Positions 21,008 through 32,300 of a stretch of 55,242 nt of DNA are shown piece after piece. A model generated the notes under the pieces. That model made no database searches. It was given only the letters and a program-made list of their open reading frames with translations, and was not told where the DNA came from. Every line of letters starts with the position of its first letter. The stretch's first letter is position 1. Origin of the DNA: an uncultured Bdellovibrionales bacterium. GTDB lineage: Bacteria; Patescibacteriota; Minisyncoccia; Moranbacterales; GWC2-37-73. The DNA is taken from assembly GCA_964609855.1 (NCBI GenBank), contig CAZSTB010000008.1, positions 1 through 55,242 on the forward strand, given 5' to 3'. The translations under genes and the position numbers were made by a program.

Positions 21008-22549
21008 TTAATCGCGATAACCCATTCTTTGCAGAATAATTTTAAACCAATCTGTATATGTGCGTGGGTTAATTTTGATGTCGCCGGCAAGATCATCGAT
21101 ACTCATCCAGCGCGCCTCTTTCGCTTCTTTTGGATTAAGGACTATTTCTCCATCGTATTTACCGACTAAAATGGTATCGTAAACCTGCTCAGTGAGCCCC
21201 ATGTCAGTATTTATTTTATAAGCAAAACTGAATCGTTTCTCCAATTCGCTGTCTATACCCAAATCTTCAAATAGTTTCCGCTTAGCAGTAACTAAGACTT
21301 TTTCACCGGAAATACAATGCGAAGAATACGTGTTTGACCAAAGATCTACGCTATGAGGTTGCTGCTCTGATCGTTTTTGCACCAAGTGTTCTCCTTGGCT
21401 ATTATAGATGAATATAGAAAAAGTTTTATGCATTTTTCCCTCCTTATGAGCCTTGAGTTTATCATAGGTACCCATTTCCTTGCCACGCTTATCACAAAGT
21501 ACGACCATACTACGAAGAAGCGGACTCTCATCAAAAACAATTTTCTGATTAAAGTACTTGTTGTTAATAAGCATTCCAAAAATCTTCATCAGCATCGGAC
21601 TAGGGTCGGATAGATATGATTCGAAAAAATTCTTGTGCGCATCGTAACTCTTAGCGGCAATCTTAATCGCTTCCTTGTTGATATCACTTTCAAGCACGAG
21701 TTTATGAATCTTCTTCGGCCATTCCTTACCTTTTATGATTTCGGAATTTTCCAAGGCGTCTTTAACTTCCTCTTTTTCAATCAGCTTACAGATTGGAAAA
21801 GTGACGATTCCATTCCTGATGTCAGAAAAGACATCTTGATTTGATTTTGCATTCTTATCCAATTCATCCCCAAAATTCCCCAAATCGCTGATAATCTGGC
21901 TAGCATGGGAAAATCGCAAATTTGCAGGAACAGTGCCTGCATAGTCATTGATAATCTCAAAATTTCCACTAGAAAGCGCAAAGCCTATTAGCGGCGCCCA
22001 ATCATAAACTAGATTCAGACTATTATTCCTTTGTACGTAATTTTCTTCCCAGTCAAAAAGAACTTCACTGAAACTTGCACTGTGAACATTCAATTTTTTT
22101 CTCTCAAGCCAGAATCCATATGAAAGTTTAGCCAGCATTTCATTGATTAAGGTGCGAATTTTTTCGCTGTAGCGCAGCTCCTTTTTGCAGTAAGATTCTA
22201 AAAGGTCGTGGATGCAGGAAATCATTAAATCATGCTGCAAAACAGCTTCAGTAACATTCTCTTCCTTGTCCCAGGTCTCCTGCTTCTTATCCAAAATATA
22301 TTTAGTCTTGTAAGCCCAAAGCATCACAATCTCAATCGCCACAGCAACTTCCATATAATCTTCCCAGTTTTCAAACGGTCCGCTTACAAATCCCGCATAA
22401 AATTGAACTCCATTGAGATGAATGGGCTTTTTGATGTAGTCATCTTTAATAAGCGCATACTGAGGATATTCGCTGCAAAATTGCTCAAAAAAGCTATTCA
22501 GCTGCTTAGAAATATCTTTGGCGGTTTGATGATAAGTTTTCGAGTTCAT
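21008..22549 (-). CDS. Fusion of a polyprenyl-synthase-like domain and a type 1 IPP isomerase (Nudix) domain, both degenerate
   Basis: SDIRNGIVTFP in the N-terminal domain; AHKEGKMHKTFSIFIYN, WSNTYSSH and DWF in the C-terminal domain. Confidence 0.85.
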   Translation of the reverse strand: MNSKTYHQTAKDISKQLNSFFEQFCSEYPQYALIKDDYIKKPIHLNGVQFYAGFVSGPFENWEDYMEVAVAIEIVMLWAYKTKYILDKKQETWDKEENVTEAVLQHDLMISCIHDLLESYCKKELRYSEKIRTLINEMLAKLSYGFWLERKKLNVHSASFSEVLFDWEENYVQRNNSLNLVYDWAPLIGFALSSGNFEIINDYAGTVPANLRFSHASQIISDLGNFGDELDKNAKSNQDVFSDIRNGIVTFPICKLIEKEEVKDALENSEIIKGKEWPKKIHKLVLESDINKEAIKIAAKSYDAHKNFFESYLSDPSPMLMKIFGMLINNKYFNQKIVFDESPLLRSMVVLCDKRGKEMGTYDKLKAHKEGKMHKTFSIFIYNSQGEHLVQKRSEQQPHSVDLWSNTYSSHCISGEKVLVTAKRKLFEDLGIDSELEKRFSFAYKINTDMGLTEQVYDTILVGKYDGEIVLNPKEAKEARWMSIDDLAGDIKINPRTYTDWFKIILQRMGYRD

Positions 22550-22649
22550 ATTTTAGCTTCATTAGCTTTTTTAGGATTTGGCGTGCAGAATTACTATCGT
22601 AATTATTACAGGACTACTCAAAATCATTTCGCAAGCTCGCGATTTTTCG

Positions 22650-22726
22650 TGGTAGCGGTGGAAAGGATTTGAACCTTCAATTCAGCCAAATGAACGACTG
22701 CGTTTTACCAGTTATACTACACCGCT
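22650..22726 (-). tRNA. Aberrant tRNA or tRNA pseudogene with an 8-nt anticodon loop (GUUCAUUU)
   Basis: AGCGGTG/CACCGCT acceptor, A-CCA end, GGTTCAAATCC T arm, CAGTC/GGCTG anticodon stem. Confidence 0.75.
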
Positions 22727-22811
22727 GCTAATTTCAACACTTACCCTATCTTAGCAAGTATTTTTAAAAAACGCCAGCATATGGACCATTTAGCTTAAAA
22801 AAAAGACGCAA

Positions 22812-22922
22812 ATAAAAGATATTAACCTCAGGCAAGCCTGCCTACCTTGTCTACCGATAGGCAGGCGGTAGGCAGGGAAACGAAAATTCATTTTCATTTC
22901 GCTCGACTTCGTTCGACAATAA
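22812..22922 (-). repeat. MITE family A, copy 4, with nested 20-bp palindromes
   Basis: CCTGCCTAC[CTTGTCTACCGATAGGCAGG]CGGTAGGCAGG at 22837-22876. Confidence 0.85.
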
Positions 22923-23134
22923 TGAAATTTGCGACTCTTACTATAAACTCTAGTTTTTTTAAATCTTCAGTTCCACATAAGAATAAACCAGGAGGACGTT
23001 TTTCGCACCCTAAACGCAACCTAAACGCAATAAGATTATCTATTATTTTCATGTTTTATTTTCTTTTTTCTTTCTTTGCAAACCTATTTTTCGCTCAATG
23101 CAACCCTTTTATTTAAATTCACCTCTGAAGAAAT

Positions 23135-24073
23135 TTAATCGCGCTTTTTTCTGACTACATACATCGGGCGTTTAATTACTTCCCCGTGTATATTCGCTAC
23201 ATATAAAGCTATGAGTCCGAGTGAGATAAGCATGATGCCAACCAAAAATACGATCAGAATCGCTAAATTTTCTGCATCTGAAAATGTCGAAGCGAATGGC
23301 CATCTAAAGAAATATTTTCCCAGCAAGATGTAAAGACCCGCAATCCCAGAAAAAAGCGTAATCGAAAGTCCGAGATAGCCCGCCAACTTCAAGGGCAAAA
23401 GACTAAAAGAAACAAAGCTGTTTACCGCCAGCGAAAGTAGTTTCCAAAAACTATAACTAGCCTGGCCATGCATACGCTCATTAGCATCGAAATAAATATA
23501 ATCTCTTTTGAAACCAAGCCAATCAATCAGCGCCCTAGTCATACGCTTAGATTCCGTAAAGCGGTTGAACTCATCGATCACCACCCTATCAATCAAGCGA
23601 AAATCCGTAGCATTTGGCACTACTTGTATTTCTGCAATCTTATTGATTATTTTGTAAAATATTGAAGATCCCATTCTCTTCAGTAATCCAGAACTCATAT
23701 TCTTGTTTCGCACACCAACTACAACCTCGCAACCTTGTTCCCATTTTTCTATAAACTTAGGAATGAGATTAATTGGATGTTGCAAATCAGCATCTATTAT
23801 CAGACATGCATCCCCTTGGCAATTATTGATTCCAGCAGTTGTTGCAAGCTCTTTACCGAAATTCCGTGAGAAATCGATCGTTTTAACCATGGTATCGATT
23901 TTCATAATTTTAGCAATTTCTTCTTCGGTTCCATCCGCACTTCCGTCGTTTATGAAAATAGTTTCAAACTGATAATTCAAACATTGTTTGAAAACTTTTT
24001 GCAGTTCAGCATAAATCAAAGGAATATTTTTTTCCTCATTAAATGCCGGTATGATTATAGAAATCAATTTCAT
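23135..24073 (-). CDS. GT2 glycosyltransferase (GtrB/DPM synthase-like)
   Basis: IIIPAFNEE; INDGSADGT; SRNFGKE; DADLQHP; two C-terminal TMs. Confidence 0.92.
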   Translation of the reverse strand: MKLISIIIPAFNEEKNIPLIYAELQKVFKQCLNYQFETIFINDGSADGTEEEIAKIMKIDTMVKTIDFSRNFGKELATTAGINNCQGDACLIIDADLQHPINLIPKFIEKWEQGCEVVVGVRNKNMSSGLLKRMGSSIFYKIINKIAEIQVVPNATDFRLIDRVVIDEFNRFTESKRMTRALIDWLGFKRDYIYFDANERMHGQASYSFWKLLSLAVNSFVSFSLLPLKLAGYLGLSITLFSGIAGLYILLGKYFFRWPFASTFSDAENLAILIVFLVGIMLISLGLIALYVANIHGEVIKRPMYVVRKKRD

Positions 24074-24215
24074 GTGCTTAAAAAATATTTAAACATTAAA
24101 ATCAGATTGGTCTTATTTTTAGAATTAACTTTACAGTCCTATAAATATAGCACAGCCGAGCGTTTCGTAAAACAGGCATAATCAATATTATCTTGTTTCG
24201 AGAATTCAAAATTTA

Positions 24216-27200
24216 TTATTCAAATAGTCCTCTAACATCATCCCAAGTCAATTTTTTGAATAATTCACTATTTTCACCGATCAAATTATCAAAAAGAACT
24301 TTCTTTTTTGCCTGAAGATTTAGAATTTTTTCTTCGATAGTTCCTCTTGAAATAAAGCGATAGACATTCACGGATTTTTTCTGTCCAATGCGATGTGTTC
24401 TGTCGATTGCCTGATTTTCAACGCTCGGATTCCACCATGGATCAAAAATAATTACGTTGTCAGCAGATGTTAAATTCAACCCTGTTCCTCCAGCCTTAAG
24501 ACTAATCAAAAATACTTTCTTTTTATCACTAGCATTAAATTCATTTACCAGTTGCCCGCGATTATTTGTTTTTCCTGACAAATATGCATAATCTATATTA
24601 TTTTTTTTCAAAACTTCCTCCAGGATTCCCAGCATCTGGGTAAACTGACTGAAAACTAAAACTTTTCTGCCAGAAGAAACGATCTCGCTGACAAGCTCTT
24701 CAAAAACATTCAGTTTTGCCGAAGCGTATTTCGCATAATCCTTATCTTTAAGCAGCAGTACTGGATGATTGCACACCTGCCGGAGCTTCGTAAGTCCAGC
24801 GAGAATATGGATTTGCGATTTCGCAAAACCCTTTTCCTCAACTACCTTAGAAATATCATTTCTAACGCTGGCCAGTATTTCCTGATATAAAATGTTTTGC
24901 TCGTCTTCCATTTCGCAATACACGACCTGTTCGATCTTGGCTGGCAATTCCTTTAAAACTTCAGCCTTGGTTCTTCTCAGCATGAAACATTCAATTCTTT
25001 TTCCAAGTTCCGAGAGCATTTCGCCATCCGACTGCTTCATGATAGGAGTCTGATATTTTTTCACAAATGTTGCGTGCCTACCAAGAAACCCAGGCATCAA
25101 GAAATCAAAAATTGACCAAATTTCGCTGACACTATTTTCCAGCGGCGTTCCAGTCAGTGCGATGCGATAATCTGCGCGGATTTTTTTTACAGTTTGCGCA
25201 TTTTGTGTTTTATGATTTTTGACAAATTGAGCTTCATCCAAAAAGCAGTAATTGAAAATCAGCTGTTGCTTTTCATAAACTTCATAATCTTTTTTTATCG
25301 CTGAATAGGAAGTTATCACTAAATCATAATTTTTCAAGCTGGAAATTTTTTCTTTTCTCCCCTTAGGATTTCCTTCAACTATCAGTGTTTTCATTTCTGG
25401 AAAAAACTTGTTTGCTTCCTCCTGCCAGTTAAACAGCAGCGTTTTAGGACAAATCACGATTGAAGGTTTACCAGGCATCATGGTCATGTTGGCGAGCGTA
25501 AGAGCTTGCAAAGTTTTTCCAAGACCCATATCGTCAGCCAGGATTCCTGCAAAGCGATACTTTCTCAGAAAATAAAACCAATTCAAACCCTCTCGCTGAT
25601 AATGCCTCAGAATCTTATTTATTTTTTCAGGCGCCGCAACTTTCTCCATCACGCGGCCGCTGTGCGCTTCAGAAATAAATTGCGTAAAACCTTCCGCAAG
25701 CTGAGTGTTGTAATAAGGTGAACTTGAAAAAATGTCATTGAGTTGCGCAGCGTGATAAATCTTGCCTTCAAATTTCCCTTTTTCTTTTTCATGAAAACTC
25801 TCCAACATCAAAATGAATTTTTCCAATTCTTTGCGATTAGAAACTTTCAGCATCCGACCATCAGAAATGCGCATGAAATCTTCTTTATTTCTAAGATATT
25901 TTCTCAAATCTTGCAAAGTAACCTTGTTATCACCGCCAAAACATTCCACATCAAAAGAAAGCCAATCATTATCAGCATCAAAATCTACCTTGAAATCGGC
26001 GCGAAATTCCTCTTCGATAAAATCAAATTTATCGCGCAAATATTCAATTTCATATCCAAGCGTCAAAATATTCGGCCAATAATTTTTATAAAAATCATCA
26101 ATCTGCTTTGCTGAATTTTTCACGCACTTCAGTTTTTTTGAAAATCCCAATTTCTCACTATTATAAAACTCCTTGAAAATAGCAAGCTCTTCCTGCTGCT
26201 GAATCGGCGCGTAATTAATTTGGGCATCCTGAATTTCCAAATGATAATTTTCGCGGTTTTTAAAATATTTTTTGTTAAAAGACGTATGACCATGCTTGGA
26301 ACTGACGCTAACAAGTTGAGCCACATCGATTTTTACAAAACCGTAATCAGCCAAAACCCAAAGCTGCAAAGTCTGCTTTTGAGAATCATGATCCACCAAA
26401 ATCAATGGTCGGAATTTTGCATGACTGACTATTTCAAAATTTTCAGTAAATTCAGTCTTCAAATCGAAACTGCTTTTCGCATCTGTGATAATTTTATTTA
26501 TGTTCAAGATTTCACTATCAAGCAAATTCATTTCCCAGGAAAAATTGTACAAATCCTTGCGATGATAATTTTTGTAAGTATTGTAAAAATTAATGCTTTC
26601 CCTTAGCATTCTCCAGATTATCTGATATAAGTCGCCGGTTAACTGGTGCGTCTCCAAAATATTTTTACGAATTCTAAACAAAGTGCTTTTTCCAGCAAAT
26701 ATGCAACTATCATCGCTTGAGAAATCCCCAAGTAACTTCAATACCACGTCGTCCTGCGTCATTTCTTCTTTCCAAAAGAAATCCTTGTTTTCCCTGCTGA
26801 ATATCTGCGCCTTTATTTTTTTAGGCTTTTCACTGAATTTTAACTCTTCAATCTCTCCACCACGCTTAACAAAAATCTTTAGACCCAGCTGTTCAGCAGC
26901 ACTAAAGATTCTTTCCCAATCGACAGCCTCATCCTGCCAAAATTTAACTCCATCTAAAAACATCAGGAACTTCTGTTGAAAGTCGCTAAGATTATTCAAC
27001 TCGCGATACAAGATACTTTGCGGACGCACGGCGCGAGTATTAAAACGTGACCCGCCATTTTCAAATATTTCTAAGCTGGGAGAATACTGCGTATCCAAAA
27101 CTAAATAATATTTGCTTGCAAAATATTCTCTCGGCTTTTCATTTTTCCTTGCTGCATCCGGAGCTTTCTGATCATTTTTCTCTATGAGATTTTCGAAAAG

Positions 27201-27548
27201 CTTTTTCCTGTTACCTGGATCAAGTCGCATATTTTCCTGATAAAATTCAATAAACTTCAACCCGAGCGCCGTCGCATGTTTACATTCGCCCAAACTGAAC
27301 GGACATGAACAATTAGGAAAACTGAACCGTTCGCTTTTGAGATTGAAAATTATGCTCGCTTGATACGATTCGCTTCCCTCAATCAGCGCAGAGATCTTGA
27401 TTTTCATCTCAGCCTCCGCTTTTGCAAAACTCATTGTGCCCACACGGTTTTCAGTAAAATATTCTCGGCCGCGATAAAAAACCCTGTCACCGACAATTTC
27501 TTTCAGGTGCAGAATTAAAGCGCTTTTATTGTGGATATTCTTATTCAT
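24216..27548 (-). CDS. SWIM zinc-finger SNF2-family helicase
   Basis: CSCP...CKH; LADDMGLGKT; LDEAQ; TGTPLEN; DRTHRIGQ. Confidence 0.95.
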   Translation of the reverse strand: MNKNIHNKSALILHLKEIVGDRVFYRGREYFTENRVGTMSFAKAEAEMKIKISALIEGSESYQASIIFNLKSERFSFPNCSCPFSLGECKHATALGLKFIEFYQENMRLDPGNRKKLFENLIEKNDQKAPDAARKNEKPREYFASKYYLVLDTQYSPSLEIFENGGSRFNTRAVRPQSILYRELNNLSDFQQKFLMFLDGVKFWQDEAVDWERIFSAAEQLGLKIFVKRGGEIEELKFSEKPKKIKAQIFSRENKDFFWKEEMTQDDVVLKLLGDFSSDDSCIFAGKSTLFRIRKNILETHQLTGDLYQIIWRMLRESINFYNTYKNYHRKDLYNFSWEMNLLDSEILNINKIITDAKSSFDLKTEFTENFEIVSHAKFRPLILVDHDSQKQTLQLWVLADYGFVKIDVAQLVSVSSKHGHTSFNKKYFKNRENYHLEIQDAQINYAPIQQQEELAIFKEFYNSEKLGFSKKLKCVKNSAKQIDDFYKNYWPNILTLGYEIEYLRDKFDFIEEEFRADFKVDFDADNDWLSFDVECFGGDNKVTLQDLRKYLRNKEDFMRISDGRMLKVSNRKELEKFILMLESFHEKEKGKFEGKIYHAAQLNDIFSSSPYYNTQLAEGFTQFISEAHSGRVMEKVAAPEKINKILRHYQREGLNWFYFLRKYRFAGILADDMGLGKTLQALTLANMTMMPGKPSIVICPKTLLFNWQEEANKFFPEMKTLIVEGNPKGRKEKISSLKNYDLVITSYSAIKKDYEVYEKQQLIFNYCFLDEAQFVKNHKTQNAQTVKKIRADYRIALTGTPLENSVSEIWSIFDFLMPGFLGRHATFVKKYQTPIMKQSDGEMLSELGKRIECFMLRRTKAEVLKELPAKIEQVVYCEMEDEQNILYQEILASVRNDISKVVEEKGFAKSQIHILAGLTKLRQVCNHPVLLLKDKDYAKYASAKLNVFEELVSEIVSSGRKVLVFSQFTQMLGILEEVLKKNNIDYAYLSGKTNNRGQLVNEFNASDKKKVFLISLKAGGTGLNLTSADNVIIFDPWWNPSVENQAIDRTHRIGQKKSVNVYRFISRGTIEEKILNLQAKKKVLFDNLIGENSELFKKLTWDDVRGLFE

Positions 27549-27650
27549 AGGCCAACATTTAAAATAGCAGATATTTCAACAAAAGACAAATCATTTTTCA
27601 GGTAGTCGCCCAAAGGCCATCACTGCCTTAAAAACAAAGTCAGCGTTTAC

Positions 27651-27679
27651 TTGACTTTTTATCAATTTGGGTGTATAAT
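27651..27679 (+). promoter_or_regulatory. Near-consensus sigma70 promoter facing the 3' end of the helicase gene
   Basis: TTGACT-17 nt-TATAAT with TG upstream of the -10. Confidence 0.7.
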
Positions 27680-27734
27680 TAAACATCGTGCCTCTTGCTG
27701 AGATTTTTTGTTTTTTGCTTTAAACAAGGGATAA

Positions 27735-29048
27735 CTATTGAGAAATTTTCTTAAGAAAGTCTAGTTGTTTCTTGCTTTTTTTAACTACATCCATCTTTTT
27801 AATCAGAGCTTCCACTGCTTTGGAATCTTTTTGTAGTGCACAATCAAGTAGATATGCTTTTTCGCTCACCTCCAAGGCAATCCGGTTCAAGCCAAGCAGC
27901 TTAAGACCATCAATGGAGCGCACTCGCGATAAAGCGACATATCCCATGCCATGCACAAATGATTTTCGCAAATCAATTTCCGCGGCGTCCAAACTCATGC
28001 CCTGACTTTTATGAATCGTTATCGCCCATGCCAAGCGCAGCGGAATCTGCCTGATGCGCGCTTTAACTTTTTCATCTTCGGTGATTTCCCAAGACTGAGT
28101 TTCTACAATTATTTCTTCTCCGGAAAATAATCTTACCACTGGCATGCCGTAGCTATCAAAATCCACAACTGTTCCTTGCGTGCCGTTAACGTAACCTGCT
28201 TCAAAATTGTTTTTAACAAACATCACCAATGCTCCCCTTTTCAAAACCAGTCGCTCTGGGGCCATACAACCTTTCTTCAGAGTCTCATTGCAATAATCAT
28301 CCCCTTTGCTGGTCATCTCAAAAATGTGCTCTTTTTCCTTAAGCTTTGCCAATTCCAGATTGTTTATCGCATCGACGTCTGCATTGTGCGTGAAAAGTTT
28401 AGTGGGTTTTTCTAATCCCTTAATTTGCTTGTCGTGCCGAGACATAATTATCTCCAATGTTTCCTCGCTGATATTTCGCTGCCGAATATCCCCAAGCACT
28501 TTCAAGATTTCACATTCATTTTGTCTGTGCTGTTCTTCCAGATAGCAAATCTTAAGATCCATTTGCTGCCAAATCTCACTCTCGCAAGCAAATTTTGCAG
28601 GACCGCCATTGCTCACCGGGGGCAATTGAAAAAAGTCTCCACAAAAAATCACTTGCATTCCTCCAAATGGCTGCAAGGGATTTTTAAATACGCGACAAAT
28701 CCTGTCTACATTATCAATCTGATGAGGATGAAGCATGGAGATTTCGTCTATAATCAAAACCCTAGCTTTTACGATTTTCTTTCTCAAGTAAAACTTTTCT
28801 TTCATCTTAAGCAGCTCCTCCATGGGGATGTTCTCTTTTATGCCCATACCTGACCATGCATGGATAGTTTGCCCATTCATGTGAGTGGCTGCAATTCCTG
28901 TCGAAGCTGTGACCGCTAAAGAGATGCCTTTATTTTTCAGGAATTTTATATATTGATTCAACAAAAAAGTCTTACCGCTACCGGCAGGACCCGTCAAAAA
29001 AATATTATGACCCATCTTTAATGTTTCAAGCGCAACTTTCTGTTTCAT
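27735..29048 (-). CDS. PIF1-like SF1B helicase
   Basis: GPAGSGKT; IIDEISM; GDFFQLPPV; TIHKSQGMSLD; YVALSR. Confidence 0.93.
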   Translation of the reverse strand: MKQKVALETLKMGHNIFLTGPAGSGKTFLLNQYIKFLKNKGISLAVTASTGIAATHMNGQTIHAWSGMGIKENIPMEELLKMKEKFYLRKKIVKARVLIIDEISMLHPHQIDNVDRICRVFKNPLQPFGGMQVIFCGDFFQLPPVSNGGPAKFACESEIWQQMDLKICYLEEQHRQNECEILKVLGDIRQRNISEETLEIIMSRHDKQIKGLEKPTKLFTHNADVDAINNLELAKLKEKEHIFEMTSKGDDYCNETLKKGCMAPERLVLKRGALVMFVKNNFEAGYVNGTQGTVVDFDSYGMPVVRLFSGEEIIVETQSWEITEDEKVKARIRQIPLRLAWAITIHKSQGMSLDAAEIDLRKSFVHGMGYVALSRVRSIDGLKLLGLNRIALEVSEKAYLLDCALQKDSKAVEALIKKMDVVKKSKKQLDFLKKISQ

Positions 29049-29327
29049 GTTTTAATAATACCTTTATTGAGGGTTCTTAGCAAAGCAATGGTCGTTTGAA
29101 ATATTGATATTGATTTTTGGTAATAAAGCAACATAGGAAATTTTTCGAAAAATACCATATGCAGTTCTTTCCAGGCAAATAAATATAAGGTTTCTGAAAT
29201 CAGACTCCGAAGCAATTTTTCTGAGCTATAAATTTTGCCATTATTAAATTTCAAATATAAATCAAAGTATTTCGCATTTATGTCGATAGTTATTATCCTT
29301 AAGCGCGTAATATCCAAACCCCAAACT

Positions 29328-32300
29328 ATGAAACATAATTCTATAGTATTGCCGGCTTCGACAATACTCATTTTAGCCAGCTTCATTATGACCACGAAAG
29401 TCTTTGCGGCGACTGGAAATCTCGGGTTAAATGATTTTCAAGTTCCAATTGGATCAAGTGCGCTTGTACCGATAACGATTAATGTTGCGGATGGATTCAT
29501 TAAAGATTTTGCTGTGACTATCACCTATGATGAAAGCATCGTAGACGTTACGGCTGACAGTAATCTTATTTTGAATCCCGCATTTACAGGCACCGTAGTA
29601 GCTGATGCCGGAGCTGGAACCAGCACCATCACTGGAACAACGGCCACACCCATGACCGGAACATTAGAGTTGGCAGACGTAAGATTTTCCTCTGTTGGAG
29701 TAGCATCCGGAGTGAGCGCAACCGTTACCGTAACGCCTAACAGCGGGAGCTTTTTGGATGATACCAGTACGGTATTTTCGCCGGAACCTACTGCCGTTTC
29801 TGCAACCGCAACCATTATCGACACAACTCCTGATGGTTTTTCATTCCCTGCTCAAATAAACGTTCCCTTAAGTTCACTCATTGATTCCGCACCTATTACA
29901 GTGACTGGTATTGATGTACCTACTGCCATTTCAACCAGCAGCGGAGAATATTCCATTAATGGCGGCACATTCACATCTGCTCCGGGGACAGTGATCAATG
30001 GCGACACTGTGGTTTTCAGAATCATGTCATCGGATCAATATTCCACTGCTACCAGTGGTTTTTTGAGAATCGGATTAAGTAGCGATGATTTCAGAGTGAC
30101 AACAATCAGCGACCCAGCTATTGATACTACTCCTGATGGGTTTTCATTTGTAAATCAATTCAATGTGCCCCTCAATTCACCGATCGACTCAGCGCCCATA
30201 CTCGTATCCGGCATCAATGCGCCAGCGCCGATAACTGTTACTGGTGGGCAATATTCCATTAATGGCGGCACTTTCACGGCGGATCAAGGCACAGTTGAAA
30301 ATGGGAGCTCCGTGATCGTCAGACTGCAATCATCAGAAATTTTTGCTACTCAGACCATAGCAGTATTAAGAGTAGGTGGGGCTGTAGCTGTAAGTGATGA
30401 CTTTCGAGTCACAACTCTAGCTGAAGATACCACGCCTGACCTTTTCAATCTCGTTGACCAGGTTGATGTGGCTGTGAGTTCGCCAATCATTTCAGCGCCC
30501 ATCATTGTTGCTGGAATCAATTCCCCAGCTTCAATTTCAATTATTGGAGGTGAATATGAAATTAATGGCAGCGGAACGTTTACTGCTGAACCGGGAACCG
30601 TGAATCTTAATGACAGCGTTGTTGTGAGAGTAACTTCTGCTGCTGATTTCTCAACTCCAACTGATGCGACTTTAACAATCGGTGGAGTAAGTGATATCTT
30701 CACAGTTACGACATTGGCCGACCCTACAGATACCGTGCCAGATCAGTTCACATTTGTAGATCAAGTTGATGTTGAAAGAAATACATTAATTAATTCAGAA
30801 CCAATTGTTATTTCAGGAATTTCTATTCCTACTGCCATCACAATTGCTGGAGGAGAATATGAAATCAATGGCAGTGGAACATTTACAGCTGATCCGGGCA
30901 CTATTGAAAATGGAAATACTGTCATCGTAAGACAAACATCTTCAGCCAATTTCTCAACTCCGACTGATGTGACATTAACTATCGGAGGTGTAAGTGATAT
31001 CTTTACCGTAACAACCATTATTGAAGACACCACCCCTGAACTTTTCAGTCTTGTTGACCAAGTGGATGTTGCCACAAGTTCACCAATCACCTCTGAACCT
31101 GTCATCGTTAGCGGAATCAATTCCCCAGCTGCAATTTCGATTGTTGGCGGCGAATATGAAATCAATGGCAGCGGAACTTTCACTGCTGAACCAGGAACTG
31201 TAAATCTTAATGACAGTGTGGTTGTAAGAGTAACTTCTGCTGCAGACTTTTCTACTCCTACAGATGCGACTTTGACAATCGGTGGAGTTAGTGATGTTTT
31301 CACAGCTACGACAGCAGCGATGGATTCTATTCCTGAAGCATTCACTTTTACTGATCAATTCGATGTGATTCAAAGTTCGCCAATCACCTCTGAACCTGTC
31401 ATCGTTAGCGGAATCAATTCTCCAGCTGCAATTTCGATTGTCGGAGGAGAATATGAAATCAATGGCAGTGGAACTTTCACTACTGAACCAGGAACTGTAA
31501 ATCTTAATGACAGTGTGGTTGTAAGGGTAACTTCTGCTGCAGACTTTTCTACTCCTACAGATGCGACTTTAATAATCGGTGGAGTCAGTGATATCTTCAC
31601 GGTTACGACATTAACCGACCCTACAGATACCGTGCCAGATCAGTTCATATTTGTAGATCAAGTTGATATTGAAAGAAATACACAGCTTTCGTCAAATTCA
31701 ATCACAATTACTGGGATTGGCGCACCAGTATCCATTACAATTGCTGGAGGAGAATATGAAATCAATGGCAGCGGAACATTCACTGCTGATGCCGGCACAG
31801 TTGAAAGCGGAGACACGGTTATCGTAAGACAAACATCTTCAGCCAGCTTCGCAACGCCGACTGATGTGACATTAACTGTCGGAGGCGTAAGCGATGTTTT
31901 CACTTTGACAACACTGGTCGAGGATACTACACCAGAGCCATTTACTTTCACTGATCAAACCGATGTTGCCTTAAGCACAATTGTAGTTTCTGATCAGATT
32001 ACAGTTACTGGAATCAATTCCCTAGCTCCAATTTCAATTATCGCGGGAGAATATGAAATTAATGGTAGTGGAACATTCACTACTGAAGCGGGAACCGTCA
32101 ATGTAAATGATGTAATAGTTGTAAGACAAACATCCTCTGCTAGTTTCTCGACAAGCACTGCTGCCACACTTATAATCGGAGGAATCAGTGACAACTTTGA
32201 TGTAACGACACTGGCAGATCCTTCCGACATCATTCCAGACCCTTTCTCCTTTATTGACCAGGTTGACGTTGCCATAAACACCCAAATCGAATCTGCGCCA

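Noticed and set aside
22650-22726. UGA recoding (code 25) suggested by a possible UCA anticodon
   Set aside because: Well-formed genes end at TGA exactly at their expected C-termini (39817, 41645, 54622), and long genes have no internal TGA.
27590-27635. Fluoride-riboswitch-like GGCAGTGATGG on the minus strand
   Set aside because: The remaining consensus and pseudoknot are absent, and the downstream gene is a SNF2 helicase.
29170-29220. c-di-GMP-I-like GGCAAA...GAAA upstream of the adhesin
   Set aside because: P2 pairing and the GACGCAAAGC element do not match.
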